DNA from: a virus
Virus record (IMG/VR): IMGVR_UViG_3300045988_005327
Direction: 5' to 3' (one strand)
DNA length: 5,453 nucleotides
Positions 1-5,180 of the stretch are shown here, piece after piece. The position numbers and the translations under genes were made by a program. Position 1 is the first letter of the stretch, and every line of letters starts with the position of its first letter. The notes beneath the pieces are model-generated. The model saw only the letters and a program-made list of their open reading frames with translations, was not told where the DNA came from and did not search any database.

Positions 1-141
1 ACCAAAGTGTCAAAATAATCCTTTGGCTTTGCTCATCTTCTTAGACATGGACGCTTCTTTGTCTTTTAACTGTTCTGCGTATGGTTTATCGGTTTCCGCG
101 TTTCTTTCGATTAAGGACGCTATAGCTTTTTCTTGTCGATA
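1..141. repeat. Terminal redundancy (left copy), identical to 5313-5453; signature of a circular contig
   Basis: Base-by-base comparison shows 1-141 equals 5313-5453 with no mismatch. Confidence 0.97.
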
Positions 142-1029
142 CTTCTTGATTCTCCATGCCTTTTCTGGATTTTCTGCTTCGAGTTTTCGCCAATAGTACT
201 CCGGTATTGCTGCGTGTCTGCCGTTGGTGAGCTGTATGTATCCTTGCTGCCAGAGTCGTTCTTGGTTGTCTTCAAACCACTTGTCGCCGAGTCCCGGCTT
301 GCGGCTCATGGTGCAAAATGGTGGTGTTAAACCCATTTTTTGGTAACGCTTTTTGTCGTTTCCGTACAGCTTTTTGGTTACATACCCTGCAACATAATTA
401 TATGTCTCTTGTGTTGCTTGTGCGATGTCAACTGTGCCTTGTCCCCAGATTTTTACCAGTTTATCGCTTGTGTAGTGACCGTGTCTTGATAATTTGTGGA
501 TTGGTTTTAAGTCGTTCGGATGCCATCCATATAGTATCATGTGATAGTGCGGTCTCGCTGTGTTGTCTCCGTACTCTCCCGCCAAAAAGTATCTCAGAGG
601 CTCTTTGACGGCCTTTCTGAGCCTTTTTATAAATAGTTGGGTATCCTCTACACTTAGAGTTTGCGCTGTTCTTGGACGCTCTGAGACGCCTTTCCAGATG
701 TTTATGCCACCTTTATAGATTTCTCCTGTCTCTGTGTCCTGTGTTGGCACATGGTCATCATCGTAAGTTAGTGTAATAAACCAGATGGTTTCTTTGTTGT
801 GTCCATATGCTTCCAGTTCCATCCGTGTGCTCCAGTCCTTACGCTTGCGTAGTCTGCATCCGGTGCATTGTCCGCATGGTATCAACATTACATTTTTCCT
901 GTACATTAGGTCTTCGTACCTAAGGTTTGTCTTATGCATCTTATTAAAAGAGGCGAGTGAGTACACTCGCCCGCTCGCCTCTCTGTTGTGAGGTACATAA
1001 AACCGGATTAACGGTTTATTGCATCCCAT
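10..1029 (-). CDS. VP4: VP4 rolling-circle replication initiator (HUH endonuclease, phiX174 gpA-like)
   Basis: 339-aa ORF. RCR motif 1 is FITLTY (res 84-89). The HUH motif is HYH within PHYHMILYG (res 160-168). The two-tyrosine motif YVAGYVTKK (res 212-220) parallels phiX174 gpA YVAKYVNK. A cysteine cluster CGQCTGC lies at res 52-58. SD GAGG sits 7 nt upstream of the ATG. The ATG at 1029-1027 directly abuts the VP2 stop (TAAATG). Confidence 0.93.
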   Translation of the reverse strand: MGCNKPLIRFYVPHNREASGRVYSLASFNKMHKTNLRYEDLMYRKNVMLIPCGQCTGCRLRKRKDWSTRMELEAYGHNKETIWFITLTYDDDHVPTQDTETGEIYKGGINIWKGVSERPRTAQTLSVEDTQLFIKRLRKAVKEPLRYFLAGEYGDNTARPHYHMILYGWHPNDLKPIHKLSRHGHYTSDKLVKIWGQGTVDIAQATQETYNYVAGYVTKKLYGNDKKRYQKMGLTPPFCTMSRKPGLGDKWFEDNQERLWQQGYIQLTNGRHAAIPEYYWRKLEAENPEKAWRIKKYRQEKAIASLIERNAETDKPYAEQLKDKEASMSKKMSKAKGLF

Positions 1030-1908
1030 TTATTTACCTCTTGGATTTATACTCATGTATCCTATCGGAAAGTTTCTTCTTGCGCTTTCAAACTGGTCTC
1101 CCAGCTCTTTTTTTGCTTTGTCTGCTACGGGTAAGGCTGCGAATTTTTCTTTAAGTTTGGCCGCGTTTTCTGCTGCTGTTTCGGCTATGGCCTCCATGTC
1201 TCCTTTGAGTCTCACCGGGCTTGAGCTGCTCGACATGATAGCTTGCTGGATGCTCTGAGCTGCGTTTTCTGCGTGACTCCATGCTTCGCTGTGGCTACTC
1301 CAACTGCCGTCTTGTTTGATTCCCGGTAGTGCTGTTGCGCTTAGTGCACTACTGGACGCCATCCCCATACTTGCACTTCCGATTGTTCCTTGTGCTCCGC
1401 TTGGGGTGCTTGCTCCGCCTTGCGTGTATGCTAGGATAGGATTGATACCTGCTTTTCGCATATCTTCGACGGCTCTTTGGTATGCTGTGTTACTCATTTT
1501 TTCTTGCCAGGCTCTGTTTGCCGCCGCATTTGCTGAGTTGTAGCTCATAGCTGCTTGCTGCTCGATGTGATTGTATATGCCTTGCTGGATTGCTCCTAAG
1601 GTGTTGTATCCCATTTGCATTAGCATGGATTTGCGGTTGTATTTTTGCTGTTCTGTCATGCTGCTTTGACTTAACTGGTTTGCCAGTGCTGCAATGTTTT
1701 TGTTTATTTCGTCGTTTGTGCCGCTGTTGCTGACACTTGCGCTGTCGCTTGAGCCTTGCGACCAGCTTGATCCGCTGCTTTGACTGTTTGCTTGTCCTTG
1801 CTGTCCGTAACTTGAGTTTGTGCCAAACAGTTTATTTGCCGCTGCTCCTATTAGACTTGGCACTGCTGCTTTGAGGAGTCCCAGCCCGAATGTTACTAAA
1901 GGCCCCAT
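1030..1908 (-). CDS. VP2: VP2 minor capsid / DNA pilot protein
   Basis: 292-aa ORF between VP1 and VP4. It has a hydrophobic N-terminus (MGPLVTFGLGLLKAAVPSLIGAAANKLFG) and a long S/G/Q/N-rich low-complexity segment. It carries a KAGINPILAY-type motif that I recall as conserved in gokushovirus VP2 proteins. Confidence 0.8.
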   Translation of the reverse strand: MGPLVTFGLGLLKAAVPSLIGAAANKLFGTNSSYGQQGQANSQSSGSSWSQGSSDSASVSNSGTNDEINKNIAALANQLSQSSMTEQQKYNRKSMLMQMGYNTLGAIQQGIYNHIEQQAAMSYNSANAAANRAWQEKMSNTAYQRAVEDMRKAGINPILAYTQGGASTPSGAQGTIGSASMGMASSSALSATALPGIKQDGSWSSHSEAWSHAENAAQSIQQAIMSSSSSPVRLKGDMEAIAETAAENAAKLKEKFAALPVADKAKKELGDQFESARRNFPIGYMSINPRGK

Positions 1909-1940
1909 AAAAATAGACCCGGGGATTTGCCCCGGGCCTT
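1909..1940 (-). terminator. GC-rich hairpin plus U-tract between VP1 and VP2 (probable leaky intrinsic terminator / attenuator)
   Basis: The minus strand reads TAA AAAGAAAGGGGGGAAGG CCCGGGG CAAAT CCCCGGG TCTATTTTT ATG. The perfect 7-bp G/C stem pairs 1918-1924 with 1930-1936 around a 5-nt loop. It extends to about 10 bp with one G-U pair. TCTATTTTT follows, running straight into the VP2 ATG. Confidence 0.6.
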
Positions 1941-1953
1941 CCCCCCTTTCTTT

Positions 1954-3630
1954 TTAGTGATGATCGACGAGTCCCGGAATACTGTACATGGGCATCGGTC
2001 TGACGCTGGTGTTGTCGATGATTGTGTCCATGATAAATTGCGGTTCGTTGTCTACTGCTAAAGTACGCTGAATCTCGGAGTCTCCTTCTTTCATCCATGC
2101 TTGACTCAGGTTTGGTACACTGGTGTAGTTGTCGCCATAGTGCCAACTGTCCAAAGTTCCGGTTGCGTTACTCCTGAATTTTCCGCTGATGCGATTTGGT
2201 TTCATTCTGTATTCTGCCCAAGCTTCCTGATAGCCAAATGCCTGCTCATCCGTTGCGGTGCCGGTCAGATAGATTTCCTTTTTTAGGATTGCTTGTTCTC
2301 CTAAGTTTGCAAAGACAGGATAGTAGAAGTCGAGATTTGTTTTACGGCTCCACATTTTTTCGAGTCCTTGCTGGTAGGTATGATCATGTCGGATGCAACA
2401 TACGCCGATAACATAGCCGTGTTCTTCGAAACTCTTTGTAAACATGTTGCCGTTGTACGGCGTTACGGATACTGCCGCCGTGTTGCCCTGCGGACTTTCG
2501 GTGGTTGTGCCGCTGGTCTGGATAACTTGATTCATGTTGATGGTGATACGTGTACCGCCCAGATACTCTGGGATTTGTACCGTTTTGTCGCTGATTTTGG
2601 TGTGAAACAGCGAATAGATCATCTCACGGTAACGACTGCCGCCGCGTGCAAGCTCTTCATAGTATTTTTGAACTTGGAAAGCCTGTCTCAGTTGGTTAAT
2701 CGTTGCTCCTTCTATGGAGGTTAAGTCTGCACCAAGGTAGGCTGTTTTGTCCCCTGAGTTCTGATAGATGCCTGTTCCATACGGTACGATTGTGCTTCCG
2801 GGCTTTATTCCCCCTGTGGTTCCCGTCCAGTTGACATATTTGTCTTCACTGACTGTTTTCAAGGTTTCTTCTTTGTACGGAAGGATTCTTGCATTTCCAG
2901 TCAGCGGAATTGTAATAGTTTCTGCTGACTTCTGAGGCGATGGCAACGCTGACGTAAAGTAGTCATGGAATTTGTTTACTGGTAATGGCCTTGAGCCTCT
3001 GAATGCGTTTTTTAGGATATATTCGATGTCCGGTTTGTTTCCGTCCATCCCGAATTCCGGATTGTCGTAGTACGAATGTGTCACGTCTCCGTCTTCGGTG
3101 ATCGCTGGATTGTCTACGTTTTGGTCTCTGAACCATTCTTGCCAAATCATTACGTATGCTCTGATTGGCAGTGCGTTTATTGTAAACGCTGTTTCTTTGT
3201 TTTTGCATACCTTGGTTGGTATGCCCATATAGTCCAATATACTTCCTTCAAAAGGTTCTGCTACAGGTCCTTCTGATGTTTTTTCGATTTTTATTTGCGG
3301 AATTGTGTATTCTTGCTTTTGTGTCCACGGCCCAGTGTCGTTTTCTCCCATAAACCGTTTCCAGTTTTTCCAGAGGATTCGGTTTGGTGCGAAGAAATAA
3401 TAGATGTCCATATAACAATTGTCCATTACGGGGAAGATTGGCGTTGTCATACGGATAATTGCGGCCTGATCGATTGAAAAGGTGTCTCCTGGTAAGACCT
3501 CATCTACGTAGAATGGTATGAGCTGTCCTGCGTTGAGTGTGAGCTTGACGTCTTGTCTCCGCTTGAACCGACTTCGTGTGATGTCCAGTCTTGGGACTTG
3601 GTTGAATCCTGCGTCTTTGTTTCTGTTCAT
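1954..3630 (-). CDS. VP1: VP1 major capsid protein (Microviridae F-protein family)
   Basis: 558-aa ORF. The N-terminal region (FNQVPRLDITRSRF...LNAGQLIPFYVDEVLPGDTF...TTPIFPVMDNCYMDIYYFFAPNRILWKNWKRFMGEN) matches the conserved gokushovirus VP1 pattern. SD GGAGG lies 7 nt upstream. The start overlaps the VP3 stop as ATGA. Confidence 0.95.
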   Translation of the reverse strand: MNRNKDAGFNQVPRLDITRSRFKRRQDVKLTLNAGQLIPFYVDEVLPGDTFSIDQAAIIRMTTPIFPVMDNCYMDIYYFFAPNRILWKNWKRFMGENDTGPWTQKQEYTIPQIKIEKTSEGPVAEPFEGSILDYMGIPTKVCKNKETAFTINALPIRAYVMIWQEWFRDQNVDNPAITEDGDVTHSYYDNPEFGMDGNKPDIEYILKNAFRGSRPLPVNKFHDYFTSALPSPQKSAETITIPLTGNARILPYKEETLKTVSEDKYVNWTGTTGGIKPGSTIVPYGTGIYQNSGDKTAYLGADLTSIEGATINQLRQAFQVQKYYEELARGGSRYREMIYSLFHTKISDKTVQIPEYLGGTRITINMNQVIQTSGTTTESPQGNTAAVSVTPYNGNMFTKSFEEHGYVIGVCCIRHDHTYQQGLEKMWSRKTNLDFYYPVFANLGEQAILKKEIYLTGTATDEQAFGYQEAWAEYRMKPNRISGKFRSNATGTLDSWHYGDNYTSVPNLSQAWMKEGDSEIQRTLAVDNEPQFIMDTIIDNTSVRPMPMYSIPGLVDHH

Positions 3631-4124
3631 TCTTTGGCCTCCGTTGCTTCGGTTGCTTCGGTTGCTTTCGTCGTCTCAGTTTTGTTTTCTGTGTAGATTC
3701 CCAGATTCTTTGCCCATTCGATTGTGCCATACGATGCAACAAACTTATCGACATCGTTGTCAAATTTGAGCTTGATGTCTTTTGGCACTTCTTCCCAGAT
3801 CTGTTCTGCTCTCAGCATGATGTTCTGGAGTTCTGCCAGCGTCTGCGGTGCTTCGGTAAAGTCTTGGATGCCGCCGCCGATGTCCGGCTGGATACGTGCT
3901 GCAATGTTTGGGTCGATGCTTGCTCGCCGAATGATGTTTTCCAGTTTGGTTTCCTCAAGATAGGAGTCGATTTCTGCTTGCTGATCAATGGTCTGGTCGA
4001 GTCTTAGCACCTTTTCGCCTTTTTCGTTGCGTTCCCAGAGGTATGTGCGCCTTACGCTTTCTCCGGCCTCGGTCGGTTTTGCCGTTGCTGTCTCCCTGAA
4101 GTTACTTACAGAGCGAAATGCCAT
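3627..4124 (-). CDS. VP3: VP3 internal scaffolding protein
   Basis: 165-aa acidic ORF directly upstream of VP1. The core DFTEAPQTLAELQNIMLRAEQIWEEVPKDIKLKFDNDVDKFVAS resembles the conserved gokushovirus VP3 scaffold core. SD AAGGAG lies upstream. The C-terminal tail is a TEA repeat. Confidence 0.82.
   Translation of the reverse strand: MAFRSVSNFRETATAKPTEAGESVRRTYLWERNEKGEKVLRLDQTIDQQAEIDSYLEETKLENIIRRASIDPNIAARIQPDIGGGIQDFTEAPQTLAELQNIMLRAEQIWEEVPKDIKLKFDNDVDKFVASYGTIEWAKNLGIYTENKTETTKATEATEATEAKE
3643..3669. repeat. About 3 copies of a 9-nt tandem repeat (GTTGCTTCG) inside the VP3 3' end
   Basis: 3643-3651 and 3652-3660 are identical; 3661-3669 (GTTGCTTTC) is a degenerate third copy. On the coding strand it is in frame and encodes ATEATEATEA. 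Confidence 0.9.
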
Positions 4125-4341
4125 CGTAAATGTTCTCCTTTGCCTCTTCGAAGTTGCCGTCGCGTTCGTCGAATTTTGCGAGTCTTACCAACCTGTAGTC
4201 GCTTGGCGTCTTGCTCATGATGTTGTTTTCGTCCATTAGTGCGATTTTGAAGTTTCGCTCGGCCACCTTGTCGTCTCGCTCACTAAAGGTGGTTACATAG
4301 CTCATTGCACACTGATCATAGATGCCGTATACGTTGATCAC
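4102..4341 (-). CDS. VP5: VP5-like small non-structural protein (gokushovirus ORF5 family), GTG start
   Basis: 79-aa ORF. The pattern VYGIYDQCAMSYVTTF...DKVAERNF...PSDYRLVRLAKFDERDGNF resembles my recollection of the Chlamydia-phage/gokushovirus ORF5 signature (V.D.K...F..PFF....A.R.F.......P.D..L...G.FD...G.F). SD GAGGAGG lies 9 nt upstream of the GTG at 4341-4339. The 3' end overlaps the VP3 start by 23 nt. Confidence 0.65.
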   Translation of the reverse strand: MINVYGIYDQCAMSYVTTFSERDDKVAERNFKIALMDENNIMSKTPSDYRLVRLAKFDERDGNFEEAKENIYDGISLCK

Positions 4342-4457
4342 AGTCTGATGCCTCCTCGCATTGCTCCGCTTCCAAGGTTGATTGCTTTGGTCTTTTTTGC
4401 GGTCTTGTTGTAGATTTTTGCGTCTTTGGATTTGCGGACTTTACTCCTCTTCGCCAT
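4338..4457 (-). CDS. Untracked 39-aa highly basic protein, candidate ssDNA-binding/packaging protein (phiX174 J / gokushovirus ORF8 analogue)
   Basis: Hand translation gives MAKRSKVRKSKDAKIYNKTAKKTKAINLGSGAMRGGIRL*, with 13 K/R in 39 residues. The ATG is at 4457-4455, preceded by AAGGAGA with a 7-nt spacer. The stop TGA (4340-4338) overlaps the VP5-like GTG start (GTGA). The start overlaps the 73-aa ORF end by 17 nt. It falls below the length cutoff of the ORF track. Confidence 0.7.
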   Translation of the reverse strand: MAKRSKVRKSKDAKIYNKTAKKTKAINLGSGAMRGGIRL

Positions 4458-4662
4458 TGTCTATTCTCCTTCGGATTTGTTCCATCTCGATGTCATTCGC
4501 AAAGGCCTTTTTTCTGAATGCTATGTCGATGTAAAATTTTGCGTCTTCTATCGTTGCGGCTGTTCTTATGTGTTTGTAGGTCGTTTCGATCTCCTTGTAA
4601 GTTCTGGCGAGTGTCTTCGCTAGCGTCGTATCGGTCTGGTCTCGTACGTTCCACGTTCTCAT
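4441..4662 (-). CDS. Hypothetical 73-aa protein (predicted helical, charged; no family recognised)
   Basis: ATG at 4662-4660, preceded by AAGGAG with a 7-nt spacer. It is on the same strand and in series with the structural genes. Its composition is plausibly protein-like (MRTWNVRDQTDTTLAKTLARTYKEIETTYKHIR...). Confidence 0.6.
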   Translation of the reverse strand: MRTWNVRDQTDTTLAKTLARTYKEIETTYKHIRTAATIEDAKFYIDIAFRKKAFANDIEMEQIRRRIDNGEEE

Positions 4663-4684
4663 TTGGTTACTCCTTGGTTACTCT
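4663..4684. repeat. Two tandem copies of an 11-mer (TTGGTTACTCC / TTGGTTACTCT)
   Basis: The two 11-mers match at 10 of 11 positions; 4663-4672 equals 4674-4683 exactly. On the coding strand this reads GAGTAACCAAG GAGTAACCAAA followed by ATG. Confidence 0.9.
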
Positions 4685-4791
4685 TCGGGCTTGTTGCCCT
4701 CTACTGCGTGGTAAATTTTGTCCAACATGGACAAGATTTTGCGGATGTTGTTAAACAGCGCGTTAATTTCCTTGAGAGTCAGAGCAAACAC
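4678..4791 (-). CDS. Possible short leader ORF (34-37 codons) with a non-canonical start
   Basis: The frame is open from the TAG at 4797-4795 to the TAA at 4680-4678 and reads (V)FALTLKEINALFNNIRKILSMLDKIYHAVEGNKPEE. A strong SD AGGAGG lies at 4796-4791. The only start-like codons are GTG (4791-4789, fused to the SD) and CTG (4782-4780, 8-nt spacer). The first ATG (4728-4726) has no SD. Confidence 0.3.
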   Translation of the reverse strand: MFALTLKEINALFNNIRKILSMLDKIYHAVEGNKPEE

Positions 4792-4858
4792 CTCCTAAAA
4801 ATTATTTTGTATAAATGGTTTTGCAAAAATAGCACTTTTGTGCTGTTTAACTATTTTC

Positions 4859-4887
4859 TTTATACCAAAAAAAATAGGATTCGTCAA
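4859..4887 (-). promoter_or_regulatory. Sigma70-type promoter driving the minus-strand gene block
   Basis: The minus strand reads TTGACG (4887-4882), then a 17-nt spacer, then TATAAA (4864-4859). A TG lies one base upstream of the -10 hexamer (TGGTATAAA, extended -10). It sits about 60 nt upstream of the first SD. Confidence 0.65.
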
Positions 4888-5029
4888 GAGGTTTTTGACA
4901 CTTTTTATTTGAGGTCATGCGCTAGGCGCGGTGTGCCGTACGAAGAGCATGACGTGACTTTCTGGTTTCGCTCGTCGGACGGCTTTTAATTTCGTTTTCC
5001 ACAGTTTCAACAGGTTTTCCACAAAATGT

Positions 5030-5049
5030 TGCACAAAGGTTTTTGTGCA
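5030..5049. other. Hairpin-forming inverted repeat TGCACAAA-ggtt-TTTGTGCA inside the iteron array
   Basis: 5030-5037 is the reverse complement of 5042-5049, giving an 8-bp stem and a 4-nt loop. The left arm overlaps the DnaA-box-like 9-mer TGTTGCACA. Confidence 0.8.
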
Positions 5050-5071
5050 TATTGCTACACTTTCAACATTT

Positions 5072-5081
5072 CAACAAGTTA
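5072..5081 (+). repeat. Copy 1 of the exact 10-mer CAACAAGTTA (TAACTTGTTG on the coding strand)
   Basis: Identical to 5181-5190. It bridges an iteron and the perfect DnaA box. Confidence 0.9.
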
Positions 5082-5087
5082 TCCACA
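5079..5087 (+). promoter_or_regulatory. Perfect consensus DnaA box TTATCCACA
   Basis: Exact match to the bacterial DnaA-box 9-mer consensus. Two one-mismatch copies (TTTTCCACA) lie at 4995-5003 and 5015-5023 in the same orientation. Confidence 0.6.
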
Positions 5088-5180
5088 AAAGTATCAACAT
5101 TAAAATTAGCTAAAAAATATCGTTCCAAGGATAAAAATTCATAGTATTTAACATTTTAACACTCCCTACTACTACGACTA

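Larger units (their letters stand above)
4994..5161 (+). repeat. Array of direct 8-9-nt iterons of the form TTTYCMACA, spaced about 10-11 bp apart
   Basis: Copies: TTTTCCACA 4995-5003, TTTCAACA 5005-5012, TTTTCCACA 5015-5023, TGTTGCACA 5027-5035, TTTCAACA 5061-5068, TTTCAACA 5069-5076, TTATCCACA 5079-5087, GTATCAACA 5091-5099. Degenerate copies: TTTAACA 5147-5153 and TTTTAACA 5154-5161. All are in the same orientation. Confidence 0.85.

Noticed and set aside
1832-2146. 104-aa minus-strand ORF overlapping the VP1 3' end, the intergenic hairpin and the VP2 5' end
   Set aside because: It has a TTG start and no SD, with Arg/Ser/Gln-rich low-complexity alternate-frame composition. It would have to be read through the terminator hairpin. 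I cannot fully exclude an overprinted gene, but nothing supports one.
2963-3208. 81-aa Arg-rich minus-strand ORF inside VP1
   Set aside because: It is an alternate-frame shadow of VP1 with no SD and highly biased R/Q/K composition.
3500-3763. 87-aa extremely basic minus-strand ORF across the VP3/VP1 junction, at first considered as the J-like protein
   Set aside because: It has a TTG start without an SD. Its basic repeat (KQPKQPKQRRPK) is just the 9-nt TEA repeat read out of frame. The 39-aa ORF at 4338-4457 has real start signals and is the better candidate.
133-4754. Plus-strand ORFs in the track (133-330, 318-608, 785-991, 957-1154, 1019-1258, 1316-1543, 2101-2286, 2196-2411, 2368-2724, 3076-3276, 3295-3477, 3518-3769, 3724-3963, 3988-4239, 4426-4623, 4518-4754)
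   Set aside because: All are antisense to well-supported minus-strand genes. They have Cys/Leu/Phe/Ser-rich shadow-frame composition and lack SD sequences. Microviridae encode all genes on one strand.
4663-4989. 108-aa plus-strand ORF spanning the promoter region
   Set aside because: It has a TTG start without an SD. It runs antisense through the leader ORF, the SD and the minus-strand promoter, and its composition is AT-driven (FLYTKKNRI...). The plus-strand TTGACA at 4895-4900 has no usable -10 at 16-18 nt.
4922-5050. 42-codon minus-strand ORF (MHKNLCATFCGKPVETVENEIKSRPTSETRKSRHALRTAHRA) in the non-coding region
   Set aside because: It has no convincing SD, lies upstream of the only good promoter, and is built directly over the iteron array and hairpin. 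It is more likely incidental. The 14-codon (5146-5102) and 9-codon mini-ORFs nearby are dismissed for the same reason, although the 14-codon one has a GGGAG 7 nt upstream.
4994-5161. CRISPR array or tRNA/ncRNA gene in the repeat-rich region
   Set aside because: The repeats are only 8-9 nt and contiguous or 1-3 nt apart, with no spacer architecture. No cloverleaf-compatible structure or conserved tRNA boxes were seen.
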